Below, piece after piece: positions 20,509-30,630 of a DNA stretch of 64,000 nt (position 1 is the stretch's first letter; every line of letters starts with the position of its first letter). Below the pieces are notes generated by a model, which did no database searches, had not been told where the DNA came from, and was given only the letters and a program-made list of their open reading frames with translations. Source of the DNA: an uncultured Myxococcia bacterium (GTDB lineage: Bacteria > Myxococcota_A > UBA9042 > PHBI01). The position numbers and the translations under genes are program-made. Where the stretch lies: contig OW818691.1 of the NCBI GenBank assembly GCA_942493285.1, forward strand, positions 3,410,321 to 3,474,320, read 5' to 3'.

Positions 20509-21026
20509 GCCTTGCCTCCGATCATCTTGGTGCTGAGTTCGGTCGCGAGCGCGTCGGCATACGCCTTCATATCGAGCCGAGCGCGGTCGCCGAACTTGGC
20601 GAGCTCACCCTTGGCGGCATCGATCTGCGCGTCGGTCGCCTGCTGGGTCGCTGCGGTCCGCTCTTGCGCGGTCGCCGTCGCTTCCTTCTTGATCGCGTCG
20701 CGGATCTGGACCGCGTCCTGCCGCGCCTTGTGGATACGGCGCTCGTAGTCGAGGCGCATCTCGGCCGCGCGCAGCTCGTAGCTCGAGGCGTCCTCACGCG
20801 CGCCGCCCATGCCCTTGTAGCGGGCTTCCTGCGACGCGATGAGCGGCTTGAGCACGAGGTAGTGCATCAGGACCGCGAACACGATGAACAGGCCGAGCAT
20901 GAAGAAGATCGACATGTCGATGTCGACCATGCCGGCGCTCAGGACCCGGTCGGCGGCCAGGACCTGGTCGGCGAAGGCGCCGAGGTCGATGGCCTGGACG
21001 GTTTCGATGTGCTCGTTGGGGGTCAT
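20505..21026 (-). CDS. ATP synthase Fo subunit b' (second b-type subunit)
   Basis: TM helix (IFFMLGLFIVFAVLMHYLVL) plus a charged helix. Start set at MTPNEH (21026). Confidence 0.7.
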   Translation of the reverse strand: MTPNEHIETVQAIDLGAFADQVLAADRVLSAGMVDIDMSIFFMLGLFIVFAVLMHYLVLKPLIASQEARYKGMGGAREDASSYELRAAEMRLDYERRIHKARQDAVQIRDAIKKEATATAQERTAATQQATDAQIDAAKGELAKFGDRARLDMKAYADALATELSTKMIGGKA

Positions 21027-21288
21027 TGGTTCCTTCTGGTGTGGGCCCCGCCTCGCCGCGGTGCCAGGCTGCCCGCCGAACCGCAAGGATGCTGGCATTG
21101 CCAGCGCTCGGTACTTCGAGGGTGCCCCTGAAAGGCGGCCGGTCGCTAACACAGCGCTTCCGGGTGCGTCAAGGCTTTACGGGAGCCGCCTCCCAGGCCG
21201 GGAATCGGCCGATTCGGGTCAGCTAAACCAGGCCTGTGAGCGCGCAGCAACGCGGTGCGTCACGACCCGCCCAGCCCCTCACTGCTCG

Positions 21289-23040
21289 TCAAGGAATGTC
21301 ACCGCAGAGCTCGCCTGTGACCGGCCCCGACTCACATCCAGGGCAGCGTCGATAGACGACGGCGTCATCGATGAAAGCGCCCGCGAACCCATTGGCGTCG
21401 GCGTCGACGGTATCGAAGCGCCAACCAAGTCGCACCTGCCGCCCGGCGAACGCCCCGAGCCCGAGCCTCACCTGGGTCCAGGCGCCAAGCGTCGTCCCAC
21501 TGATCTGGTTCGACACCCACAACACCACCACCTCGGGCTCCGGCCTCGGGTCGTCGACCAACACGAGCACGGCTTCCAGGCGATCGATCCCGCTCGGGTT
21601 CGAGGTCGAAGGTGCGAGGTCCCACTCGGTCGAGAGGTTGAGCGCAAATCGCCACTCGGCCGCGTCGGCCGCGATGTCGATCGGCGGGCTCAGCGCCAAC
21701 CCACTTGCAGCCTCTCCGTCCGGCGCGATGGCGCTCCCATCGGTGAGCCCGAAGTGCAACGAACGCTCACCATCATTGGCCATGAGCTCGCTGACAGCCC
21801 ACAAGCCGCTTGTCTCCCAGCCCTCCTCGAGCGCCGACTCGAAGCCGCCATCGCCCGCCCACCGCGGCTCGGGCGTGCAGCACTCGGCGGTCAGCTCACG
21901 CGTCGTGAGGCACCGCCCGCTGGCACAGGTCGCGACATCACATGTATCGACCGTCGTGCACTCCGCAGCGGCCAAACAGGTCTCGCAAAGCACCGTATGA
22001 GCCCCGCTGGGAGAGAGCGGGGGCGCGTAGACAACGAGCGCGTCGTTCAGCGGATTCACGTCCACGAGTGACCCGACCTCACACGCGTTTCGAACGACCA
22101 ACTCTCGATCCTGGCTGCACGCGGTCCGTACCCGCAGGCGCCCGATGGCGACCCCCTCATGGTCGTTGTCGCGCCCATCGAGCGTGTCAAAGCTCAACCG
22201 GATCCGCAAGTTACGACCCGCCCATCGGCTCAGGTCGACAAGGACTGGTGTCCAGACGCCGCGGGCCGGTGGTGTCTCGGGCCCTTCCGCGCCGCTCGGG
22301 CTCGACGACCAGATGACGGTGGCAGCGAGCCCATCGGGGACCGCCAGGACATCGAGCCTGTCTACTGGCAGCGCCTCGCCGGTCGGACTCTGAACGTCGG
22401 TGTAGACGAGCAGCTCGAGCACGGTCGGCGGCCCATTCCCAATAGCGATGGGCGGTGTCTCGGCCGAGATCCGAACCGCCCCACCCTCGCCCGAGACCGC
22501 GCAATCCGGTCCGACCGTCCCGGTGTGGTAGGTCGGGCAGAGCACGTCGCCCGCGCGCAGGCTCGGCCCACCGTCGAAGGGCCGCAGCATGGACAGATGC
22601 CACGTCACGCGGTCGGGCTGGTCATCGAAGATCGCCATGGTCGAGAGCCCCTCGGCCGTAAGCTCGAGGTCGAATGACACCTCGTCGCAGCCCCTCTCAT
22701 CGAGGTCGAGGCTGCGCACACAACCGCCGACGACGCAGGTCGACTCACAGGTCCCGTTGTGCTGCGTGATGTCGACCGCGCACGGTCCTTCGGCGGTGCA
22801 GCAGTCCGGGACATAACGCGGCATACACTGGCCGCTGAGACACGCCACCGCGAGGCAACACTGGGCATAACCCGCGCAGTCTTCATCGGTCTCGCAAGCG
22901 ATGACGCCGATGTCGGGCGCGTCGACACCACCGTCGAGGCTCGTGTCCTGCTCGGGCACGTCGATCACGGGCACACCGATGAGGTCGCTGCAGCCCAGCA
23001 ACACGCTCGCGAACAAGAATGGGGCGCCGAATCGAAGCAC
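21289..23040 (-). CDS. Large secreted cysteine-rich lipoprotein
   Basis: Lipobox signal MLRFGAPFLFASVLLGCSD. Many paired Cys (…CETDEDCAGYAQCCLAVACLSGQC…). Confidence 0.6.
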   Translation of the reverse strand: MLRFGAPFLFASVLLGCSDLIGVPVIDVPEQDTSLDGGVDAPDIGVIACETDEDCAGYAQCCLAVACLSGQCMPRYVPDCCTAEGPCAVDITQHNGTCESTCVVGGCVRSLDLDERGCDEVSFDLELTAEGLSTMAIFDDQPDRVTWHLSMLRPFDGGPSLRAGDVLCPTYHTGTVGPDCAVSGEGGAVRISAETPPIAIGNGPPTVLELLVYTDVQSPTGEALPVDRLDVLAVPDGLAATVIWSSSPSGAEGPETPPARGVWTPVLVDLSRWAGRNLRIRLSFDTLDGRDNDHEGVAIGRLRVRTACSQDRELVVRNACEVGSLVDVNPLNDALVVYAPPLSPSGAHTVLCETCLAAAECTTVDTCDVATCASGRCLTTRELTAECCTPEPRWAGDGGFESALEEGWETSGLWAVSELMANDGERSLHFGLTDGSAIAPDGEAASGLALSPPIDIAADAAEWRFALNLSTEWDLAPSTSNPSGIDRLEAVLVLVDDPRPEPEVVVLWVSNQISGTTLGAWTQVRLGLGAFAGRQVRLGWRFDTVDADANGFAGAFIDDAVVYRRCPGCESGPVTGELCGDIP

Positions 23041-23172
23041 GCGCCGACACTACAGGACGGCTCGGTGCCACCCAAAAGAAAAGGGCGCCCGGTTTCCCAG
23101 GGCGCCCTCTTCGAACGAACTCTCGTCAGCGGCTCGGCGACCCGTTCAGGGTCGCGTCACGGCACTGACAGC

Positions 23173-25587
23173 TCAGTTGCCGCAGAAGTTCACCGGCACG
23201 CCGCCAGCGTTCTTGTTGAAGCAACCCATCGCGTCGCGACCGCTGAAGTCGACGCTGGTGTTGCAGGTCGTGCGGCCCTCGGCGGTGCAGTCGGCGTTCT
23301 CTTCGCAGCCGGGAACACAGCGGTAATCGGCCGCAGCGGCCGTGCCGAGGTTCACGCAAGCGAGGCTGCCCGGGCAGTCCCACTGGCCAGCGCACTCCGA
23401 GCAGCCCTGGTCCTTGAGGCAGAGCCCGTAGGACGCGGCGAAGTTGGCGTACTCGCCGACACGAGCGACGCGGGTCACGTCCTGGCAGGTGGTGTTGTTG
23501 CCACAGCCGTCGACGCCCACATCGCAGATCTCCGAGCAGTAGCCCTGAGTGTCGTTGGCGAGCTCCGTCACGCAGATGCCCGACCCGCACTCTTCGGCGG
23601 CGGCGTTTGGATTGCAGGTGTCGCCGAGCGCCTTGGTACCGCGCTGCGCCTCAGTCTCCCAGGTCTCGAAGCAGAGGAACTCGATCTTCGCCGCGGTGGT
23701 CGGGCCGGCGGCCACGACGTTGGGGAAGCACGACTCGGTGCCGGTGCAGGCGTAGTCGTCCGAGCAGTCGACGAGCGACGAGACGTCGGGGAGGCAGAGG
23801 CTCACGTAGACGCTCTTGGCCGCGTCGTTGAGGTCACCACCCCAGCCGTAGAGGAGCGACACGCAGACGCCGCTGGCGGTCTGGTCACCGATGGTCACGT
23901 TGGTCGGGCAATCCGAGGTGGACTGGCAGACGTCGGCGCAGATGCGCTGGGTGCCATCCTCGTTGATCGGGTAGCAGAAGCCCGAGCGGCACTGGTCGCC
24001 CGTGGTGCAAGCCTGGCCGAAGGTGCCGGCATTGCCCGGGAACGCCGGGTTGGCAGCGTCGGGGTTGAAGGCCTGGCAGACACCGGCGAGGGTGTAGGGA
24101 CCATCGACGTTGAGCGTCTCGCCCTCGTAGTTGGCGACTTCGTACACGCGGCAGACTTCGGTGGCGGCGCAGTCGCTGCTCGAGAGGCAGTCGGTCGTGT
24201 AGCCCGGGAAGGTCTCGCACCACTGGACCGGCAGGACGAAGTCGTCTTCGCCGTCCTCATCGAAGTCGCCCGGAAGCTCGGCGGCGGCGCAGAGCTGGCC
24301 GGCCGTGGCGTTGCAGTCGCCGTTGTCACGGCAGAGCGTCGAGCAGAAGCCACCGATGCAGAGGTCTTCGTTCTTGCAGATGTTGCCGGGGATGGTCTCC
24401 GACGGGTCGATGCAGGCCTCGCCGAGGTCGGCGCCGTCTTCCACCTGGGGAAGGCAGAGGCTGTCGAGGCCGGCGTCGCGGCCCGGCTCGCCGTTCCAGA
24501 AGAAGCGGCAGTAGAAGCCACCGCCGCAGTCGGCGTCGGTCTCGCAGTTGTTGGGGAAGCAGATGTCGAAGGCGAACTGCGGGTACTCAGCGCCGAAGAT
24601 CTCGAAGTCGGGCGAGCACTCGAAAGCCGAGCAGTCGACGTCGGTCGTGCAGGTCTTGGACGGGTTGGTGAGGCACTTGCCGTCGTTGCCGCAGCCGGTG
24701 CCGGGGCGAACGCGGGTGGTGTCGCAGTCGGCGTTCGAGGCGCAGAGCGAAACGCAGCCGACGCCGAAGCAGAGGCCGGAGTCGCAGTACTCGACCGCGC
24801 CGTTGTTCACGTTCTCGTTGCAGGACTCCGAGAGCGAGTTGACCGAGCCGGTCCACTCCGAGGTCTCGCGGTACTTGGCCATGCAGCGCGAGCCGATGGC
24901 GCCACCGATGTTGGTGATCTCGCAGCCCTCGTTCTCCGGGCAGTCCGAGTCACGCGTGCAGTCCGCGAACTCCGAGCCGGGGAGGCAGACGCCGACCGGG
25001 TTCTGGCCGACCTGTGCGAAGTTCACGCAACGGAACACGTCGCCGGCCGGGCCGTTCACGACGTTGTCCGGCGCGCAGTCCTCGAAGAGGGCGTCGGCGT
25101 CGTTCACGCCGTTGGCCGGGGCGGTGTCCTTATAGATGGTGCAGCCCTGGGTGCAGACGTCGCGGAAAGCGAGCGCGACCTGGTTGGCCGGCAGGCAGCT
25201 GTTCGACGCGCACTGCTCGTGCAGGCAGTTCGGGTAGCCGGGGGTGGTCGAGGTGCAGGTCGTGGTGACGCCGCAGAACGCGCCGAGCGGGGCGCCCGGG
25301 GTGATGCAACGGCCAGCTGCGCTGCAGGTCTCTTCGCCGGTGCAGGTACCGCAGGTCTCGCCGCCGACGACACCACACTCGCGGGTGCCGCAAGGGTTGG
25401 TCGTCTCGGCTTCGACGTCACTCGTCGAGTCGGTCTCGGGCACGATTGTGTCGCCGTCAGCCGTGTCGACAGTGTCCGTCGTGTCGAGGGTGGTGTCGGT
25501 GCCGGGGGTGGTTTCGTCGTCGCCACAGCCGGCGGAGGCCAATGATGCCACCGCCAGGACCGTGAGAAGCTTGAAGGTCGCTCTCAT
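23173..25587 (-). CDS. Cysteine-rich repeat lipoprotein (Myxococcus cysteine-rich-repeat-like, ~800 aa)
   Basis: Start MRATFKLLTVLAVASLASAGCG (25587). Dozens of recurring C-x-G-x-C / CxxGxCxxxxC units across the whole protein, for example CGTRECGVVGGETCGTCTGEETC. Confidence 0.65.
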   Translation of the reverse strand: MRATFKLLTVLAVASLASAGCGDDETTPGTDTTLDTTDTVDTADGDTIVPETDSTSDVEAETTNPCGTRECGVVGGETCGTCTGEETCSAAGRCITPGAPLGAFCGVTTTCTSTTPGYPNCLHEQCASNSCLPANQVALAFRDVCTQGCTIYKDTAPANGVNDADALFEDCAPDNVVNGPAGDVFRCVNFAQVGQNPVGVCLPGSEFADCTRDSDCPENEGCEITNIGGAIGSRCMAKYRETSEWTGSVNSLSESCNENVNNGAVEYCDSGLCFGVGCVSLCASNADCDTTRVRPGTGCGNDGKCLTNPSKTCTTDVDCSAFECSPDFEIFGAEYPQFAFDICFPNNCETDADCGGGFYCRFFWNGEPGRDAGLDSLCLPQVEDGADLGEACIDPSETIPGNICKNEDLCIGGFCSTLCRDNGDCNATAGQLCAAAELPGDFDEDGEDDFVLPVQWCETFPGYTTDCLSSSDCAATEVCRVYEVANYEGETLNVDGPYTLAGVCQAFNPDAANPAFPGNAGTFGQACTTGDQCRSGFCYPINEDGTQRICADVCQSTSDCPTNVTIGDQTASGVCVSLLYGWGGDLNDAAKSVYVSLCLPDVSSLVDCSDDYACTGTESCFPNVVAAGPTTAAKIEFLCFETWETEAQRGTKALGDTCNPNAAAEECGSGICVTELANDTQGYCSEICDVGVDGCGNNTTCQDVTRVARVGEYANFAASYGLCLKDQGCSECAGQWDCPGSLACVNLGTAAAADYRCVPGCEENADCTAEGRTTCNTSVDFSGRDAMGCFNKNAGGVPVNFCGN

Positions 25588-26043
25588 GTTGCCTACTCCA
25601 ATGAAGGATCCGCCCGACCCATCCAAACATCGCGGTGGCAGTGGCGGCAGTTGTGATCACGCCCCGCCTTCGGGACGTCACCCATTTCACCCGTGTTTTC
25701 GCTAACTTGCGAGAAACGCGGCCGAATGAGGGCGAAAGCTACACAGCCGCGACCTGGGGTGTCAAGCGCGTTTCCCAAACAGAACGGCGATCCGAGCCGC
25801 ATCGGATGCGGTCCAAGCCTCGGGGATCGCCCGCTTCGAAGGCTCGGAGGTGATCGAAGTTACCCGCGTTTGGCAACCGAGCGTCCCCGGGTTGGCCCTG
25901 TCTCACGAAGATGCTAAGAGACGGTTTCCGGCCTTGCGTCGTGTCGGCCTCGACCTCGACGCAGTCCCCCAGAAAACCCGAATCCTTCCGCGCTCGATTC
26001 GCCCCAGGGTCTTCGAGCTAATCTTGAACGGACCGGACGCCTC

Positions 26044-28275
26044 ATGTTCTTCAACTGCACCTCCTGCAGCACACGACTCGAGCTACCCGACGAACAGATC
26101 GTCAACCGCGTCCTCAAGGTTCGCTGCACGGGCTGTGGGACGGTCATGGTGGTGCGCGACCCCGCGACGGCCCGGGCCGAGCGCCCGCCTGAGACGGCCT
26201 GGTTCTACGCGGCCGCGGGGCAACAACATGGGCCCGTCTCGCTTGGGGGACTCTCAGACCTCGTCTCAGCCGGCACGGTGGACACACGCACCCACGTCTG
26301 GACCGCGGGCATGGCCCAATGGGTCCGCGCAGGCGGGGTCGAAGCGCTGCAGACACTGTTTGTAAAGGCGCCGCCGCCCCCTGTACCGCCATCGACACCG
26401 CCGCCGCTGCCTCCGACAGTCCCGCAGCTGCGACCAACGATTGAACAAGACACACGAATCCGGGCCGAGGCGGAAGCGAGGGCGAAAGACGCGGCCACAG
26501 CCAAAGCGGCGGCCGAGGCTGATGCTGCAGCTCGGGCGCAGGACGAGATGGCGGCGGCCAGGGCGCAAGTGGCGGCCAAGGCGGACGCCATTGCGAAGGC
26601 TCGGGCCGAAGCCGAGGCACGGGTAAAGGCGGACGCCGCGGCGAAGGCCAGAGCGGAAGCCGAGGCAAAAGCAAAGACCGAAGCGGACGCCAAGGCCAAA
26701 GCCGACGCTGTGGCGAAGGCGCGCGCCGAGGCAGAGACGAGGTCGAGAACCGAAGCAGAAGCCAAGACGAAGGCCGAAGCAGAGGCCAAGACAAAGCTCG
26801 AAGCAGAGGCCAAGACAAAGCTCGAAGCAGAGGCCAAGACAAAGGCCGAAGCAGAAGCCAAGGCAAAGCTCGAAGCAGAGGCCAAGACAAAGGCCGAAGC
26901 AGAAGCCAAGGCAAAGGCCGAAGCAGAGAACAAAGCCAAGGCCGAAGCGGAAGCCAAAGCCAAAGCCGAAGCCGACGCAGAGAACAAAGCCAAGGCCGAA
27001 GCGGAAGCCAAAGCCAAAGCCGACGCGGAAGCCAAAGCCAAAGCCGACGCGGAAGCGAAAGCCAAAGCCGACGCGGAAGCCAAAGCCAAAGCCGACGCGG
27101 AAGCGAAAGCCAAAGCCAAAGCCGACGCGGAAGCGAAAGCCAAAGCCGACGCGGAAGCCAAAGCCAAAGCCGACGCGGACACCAAAGCGAAGGTCGACAA
27201 GGAAGCGAAAACAAAGTCGCTGGCTGAACCGGCACGTCCGCCCAAGGTTGATGAGGAGCTCGCAGTCGCAGCCATGGTCGCCCAATCGGCGGCTCAGCAC
27301 GTCCCGACCAGCAGCGTAAAACCGGACCCGAGCGCGATGCTCACGCCAGGCGACCTGGTCGACGAAGACACCTTCTTCAAGTCGGCTCCAGTGCCCGTCG
27401 TCGACATCTTCGCCAACCTCGATGCGAAGCCCGACGAGAACGAGCTCATCGACTTTCGTAAGACCATGCGCAGCGCCCGTCCTGTAGCAGGCCCGAAGAG
27501 CCCTACCCGTGCCGAGATGCGCGCCCTCGTCCAGGAGTTCTCGGTCGTCGCCAAGCTCGAGCAACACAAGAAGAAGCGCGGCGTATGGGTCGTCGCGGCA
27601 GTCGCCGCAGCCGCCGCTATCGTGACCATCATCATCATCGCCGTGCCGAAGTCTTCCGGTCCCGCCGTCGCGGGCAACACCGGCGCAGGCTTCGAGACCT
27701 TTCAGCGGCGACTCTACGACGCCCCGGCCACGCCAACGGAAGACCCAGCCCAGGCTGCGGTCGTCGCTGTCCCATCAGGGCCCACCGCCCCGGTCGAGGC
27801 CAAGGTCACCAAGAAACCGACCACCGGCACCGCGAAGCCACGAACCGTTGCAGGCGCGGAGCGGCCGGTCGAGACCCCAGAAGGCAAGAAGCCCCTGTCA
27901 GCCGCACAGTACGCGGCCCTCACCGAGGACGCGCTCGGCAAACAAGAGCTGAAGCTGGACTTCGACTCCGGTGCGGCCGCGCGCAAGGCCGCCGACGACG
28001 CTGCCGCAAAGAAGGCCCAGCAGGCGAGCGACCTCAGCCTCGAAGTCGCTTCGGCCTTTGGCAAGAAGAAGGGCCAGTTCGCCAAGTGTGGCGATGACTT
28101 GCAGGAACGTATCCGCGTCGTCTTCACCGTGACTTCGACCGGCAAGGTCATCAGCCCGAAAATCGAAGGCACGGAGAGCAACGCCAAGTCGGAATGTATC
28201 CGCACAATCCTCGAGCGGTCGCTCTTCCCGGCCGGAGACGGCGACCTCATGTACAGCCAGGTCCTCGTCCTTTGA
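26044..28275 (+). CDS. Multi-domain membrane protein with an N-terminal MJ0042-type zinc ribbon, a DUF4339/GYF-like domain, a Pro-rich segment, a ~260-aa Lys/Ala/Glu repeat, a TM helix and a TonB-C/AgmX-PglI-like C-terminal domain
   Basis: [18 protein letters not shown]…[13 protein letters not shown]; [22 protein letters not shown]…[14 protein letters not shown]; [15 protein letters not shown]; ([12 protein letters not shown])n; [19 protein letters not shown]; C-terminus …[22 protein letters not shown]…. Confidence 0.7.
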   Translation: MFFNCTSCSTRLELPDEQIVNRVLKVRCTGCGTVMVVRDPATARAERPPETAWFYAAAGQQHGPVSLGGLSDLVSAGTVDTRTHVWTAGMAQWVRAGGVEALQTLFVKAPPPPVPPSTPPPLPPTVPQLRPTIEQDTRIRAEAEARAKDAATAKAAAEADAAARAQDEMAAARAQVAAKADAIAKARAEAEARVKADAAAKARAEAEAKAKTEADAKAKADAVAKARAEAETRSRTEAEAKTKAEAEAKTKLEAEAKTKLEAEAKTKAEAEAKAKLEAEAKTKAEAEAKAKAEAENKAKAEAEAKAKAEADAENKAKAEAEAKAKADAEAKAKADAEAKAKADAEAKAKADAEAKAKAKADAEAKAKADAEAKAKADADTKAKVDKEAKTKSLAEPARPPKVDEELAVAAMVAQSAAQHVPTSSVKPDPSAMLTPGDLVDEDTFFKSAPVPVVDIFANLDAKPDENELIDFRKTMRSARPVAGPKSPTRAEMRALVQEFSVVAKLEQHKKKRGVWVVAAVAAAAAIVTIIIIAVPKSSGPAVAGNTGAGFETFQRRLYDAPATPTEDPAQAAVVAVPSGPTAPVEAKVTKKPTTGTAKPRTVAGAERPVETPEGKKPLSAAQYAALTEDALGKQELKLDFDSGAAARKAADDAAAKKAQQASDLSLEVASAFGKKKGQFAKCGDDLQERIRVVFTVTSTGKVISPKIEGTESNAKSECIRTILERSLFPAGDGDLMYSQVLVL
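26450..27240 (+). repeat. Coding low-complexity tandem nucleotide repeat (gccaaagccgacgcggaagc(g/c)aaagccaaa units)
   Basis: 18–30-nt units repeated dozens of times, encoding [11 protein letters not shown]-type protein repeats. It is antisense-translatable in all frames, which explains the spurious overlapping ORFs here. Confidence 0.85.
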
Positions 28276-28515
28276 AGCCGGCCAGGCGACTCGCGCTTCG
28301 CGTGTGGCGCCGACCCACCACTCGACTGTATCGCTGGTCCCAAGACCGCGTTGGCATGGAATGCAGGCGGCCTGGACGCGCTTTCGCACCCGCCGGCTGT
28401 ATGCTAGGACACCGACCCGAATCGTGTTCGCCAGCCGTGGACGTCGCCGCGTGGAACGTGCCCCGTCCGCCTGTCACCCTGTAGCCCGTTCCCCCGTCCC
28501 ATCGAGGAGTTACGC

Positions 28516-29184
28516 ATGAAGCACGCATTTCTGGCCCTCGCATCCCTCCTTTCGACCCTGGTCATCGGCGGCTCCGCCGGCGCCAAGGCCCCAGACGTCT
28601 CCACCTTGAAGGCCGTGAAGTTCGAGTTCGTCGCCTGGTCGTCGGACAGCGCCTACATCCTCCTGAAGGTGCAGGACCCCAACATCCCCGGCTATATCTT
28701 CCAGGTTCGCGACACCAAGGGCGACACCGTCAAGATGGGCAACAAGCCCGCGGTCTTCCCGTCCCAGTTCTCGCCGAACACCCCGGAAGAGCAGAAGTTC
28801 GTCAAGGGGATCATGAACGGCAAGGTCAAGGTCGACGGCCAGCCCATCAAGTTCGACCAGGAAGGCGTGTTCGAGGCGACGCACCCCAAGCGGTCCACCA
28901 TCATGCTCATGTCCGGCCAGAAGGGCGACAAGCTCGTCATCATGGGCATGCGGGGCGAGCGCGCGACCCCCTACGAGTCGATCGACCTCATCCAGGACAA
29001 GAACAAGGTCGTCGCCAAGGCCAGCCAGAAGGCGCTCGTCTGGGACCAGGAAGGTAAGAACTTCATCCTGATCTACAATCAGAAGCTCGACAGCAAGGAC
29101 ACGCCGTTCGACGGCGACTTCTTCGAGGTGCACCCGTTCAAGTCCTACAAGGTCAAGGGCGCCACCGAGGAGACCGAAGAGTGA
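28516..29184 (+). CDS. Secreted Lys-rich hypothetical protein
   Basis: GAGGAG RBS and ATG. Signal peptide MKHAFLALASLLSTLVIGGSAGA. It has about 14% Lys, and its GC is lower than surrounding genes. Confidence 0.6.
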   Translation: MKHAFLALASLLSTLVIGGSAGAKAPDVSTLKAVKFEFVAWSSDSAYILLKVQDPNIPGYIFQVRDTKGDTVKMGNKPAVFPSQFSPNTPEEQKFVKGIMNGKVKVDGQPIKFDQEGVFEATHPKRSTIMLMSGQKGDKLVIMGMRGERATPYESIDLIQDKNKVVAKASQKALVWDQEGKNFILIYNQKLDSKDTPFDGDFFEVHPFKSYKVKGATEETEE

Positions 29185-29753
29185 CATCGCCGTCCGACCC
29201 GGGCCGACTCGACGCACCTGAACCGTCGGGTTCGGCCCCCGGACCTGCAGAGCCGCTTCTCCCCAAGCCGCGGTCACCCGAGCCCCCTGAGGTCTCCATG
29301 CGTTTCGGCACCTCAGAGGATGAAACGCATGGAGACCGATCGGATCGCTCGGGCGAGCCTTCCCGCCCCAATCATACGAGCGGGGCGGTCGCCCGAGCAG
29401 ACGTTTCCCCTGACGACATTCCCTGGCGAGAGCCGGAAGAGCTTCACCTCCGGCCTGGCGACCGCCGCCTATCCGACGTGGGCGACCGGCGCCTCACCGA
29501 CGTCCGCGCCAACGAGCCCCGGCTCGGCGGCGCCTGGCTCAAGATCCTTTTGATGGTGCTCTTCCTCGCCGCCATCCTCATCTTCCACTCGGAGGCGAGT
29601 AACAGGGCCGCAGGCTGCTATCAAGAAGCGGCGGGCCTGAAGTCCGACGGCCCCAAGGCGACACCGGCTGAGCGTAGCCGCGGCACTTCCGGCAACGAGG
29701 TCCGGTTCCGCATCGAGCGGGTACCAAGCCCGACACCGGCGCCTCCTCAGTAG
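29181..29753 (+). CDS. Single-pass membrane protein, Pro/acidic-rich, translationally coupled to the preceding gene
   Basis: GTGA overlap with the upstream stop. One TM helix (WLKILLMVLFLAAILIF) flanked by disordered Pro/Arg/Asp segments. Confidence 0.45.
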   Translation: MTSPSDPGRLDAPEPSGSAPGPAEPLLPKPRSPEPPEVSMRFGTSEDETHGDRSDRSGEPSRPNHTSGAVARADVSPDDIPWREPEELHLRPGDRRLSDVGDRRLTDVRANEPRLGGAWLKILLMVLFLAAILIFHSEASNRAAGCYQEAAGLKSDGPKATPAERSRGTSGNEVRFRIERVPSPTPAPPQ

Positions 29754-29855
29754 CCTGACGCGGCCTACCCGGTCGGACGGTTCCGACGGGTTCTGGCCGC
29801 GACATGACGCACCCCGCCACGCGCCATCGTCAACGTCGCTGCGGTTCTGGTTTGC

Positions 29856-29908
29856 GAACATAACGCGGCGCGTCGTGCCCTTGACCCGTATGACGCGGTG
29901 CGTTATGT
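29856..29908 (+). promoter_or_regulatory. Sigma70-like promoter (TTGACC-17-TATGTT) embedded in a perfect 10-bp inverted repeat
   Basis: -35 TTGACC at 29880-29885, a 17-nt spacer, -10 TATGTT at 29903-29908. The inverted repeat is AACATAACGC (29856-29865) with GCGTTATGTT (29899-29908, overlapping the -10). The phasin-like gene's RBS (GAGGAGG) and ATG lie 45-60 nt downstream. Confidence 0.5.
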
Positions 29909-29964
29909 TGCTCTCGTGCTCGACGGGTGGCCACCAGCCCCCGCAACTCACGAGGAGGTTTCTC

Positions 29965-30471
29965 ATGGCCGCTGCAACCGCGTTCGAAGTCCAGCCCACC
30001 AGCAGTGAGAACGTCGCCCCGAACAAGACCGAGTCCTCGGCACAGACGACGTGGAACCGCGTCCAGAAGTCCCTTACCAAGGTGGAAGGCCAGGTCCGCG
30101 ACCAGCTCGCCACCTTCCGCAAGACGGTCGACTCGGCCCGCGCCAAAGGCACCGAGCGCCTCGCCGAGCTCAAGACCATCTTCGCCCCGGCCAAGCTCAA
30201 AGAGCTGCTCACGAACAACAAGGCGATCGCCGGGTTTACCAAGAACGCCGAAAAGGTCCTCGAGGACGGCAAGAAGCTCACGGATGCCGCTGAAAAGCTC
30301 GGCCTCGCTAAGCTCGCCGACCTTCAGGACCTGGCCAAGAAGGCAGACATCGACGCTCTCAAGGACGCCTTTGCCGGGGTCCAGGGCAAGCTCGATCACC
30401 TGCGCCAGAAGGTCGACAAGTTGGCCTCCAAGGCGCCCGCGACGCCGGTTTCGAATCAATCGGCGGAATGA
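29965..30471 (+). CDS. Phasin-like, coiled-coil protein
   Basis: Strong RBS gaggagg N6 ATG. All-helical Ala/Lys/Leu-rich 168-aa protein (…LAELKTIFAPAKLKELLTNNKAIAGFTKNAEKVLEDGKKL…) resembling PHA-granule phasins. The family assignment is tentative. Confidence 0.55.
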   Translation: MAAATAFEVQPTSSENVAPNKTESSAQTTWNRVQKSLTKVEGQVRDQLATFRKTVDSARAKGTERLAELKTIFAPAKLKELLTNNKAIAGFTKNAEKVLEDGKKLTDAAEKLGLAKLADLQDLAKKADIDALKDAFAGVQGKLDHLRQKVDKLASKAPATPVSNQSAE

Positions 30472-30630
30472 CTGAAACCCACCACCAATTGGTGCGTACA
30501 GGTAAGAGCGACGGCGCGGAAAGCGCCACACCCGAAGGGGCCGGTCAAAGCCCGACCATCCGTTTCCAATCTCGACCCCGGTGACGGGGGCTCCAGGTTG
30601 GAGGGTCTGCCGGAGTCGGTGGATCTCGAA

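Noticed and set aside
22759-25545. 928-aa plus-strand ORF antisense to the Cys-rich lipoproteins
   Set aside because: Ala/Gly/Val/Arg-rich, no signal, no domains. A shadow ORF of the Cys-rich repeat genes.
26144-27567. Large minus-strand ORFs (363-433 aa) antisense to the [11 protein letters not shown] repeat, and the repeat tract as a possible CRISPR-like array
   Set aside because: They are generated by the hyper-repetitive GC-rich tract, which is open in every frame, and their translations are pure low-complexity. The repeats are 18-30 nt with no unique spacers and lie inside a coherent protein-coding frame, so this is not CRISPR.
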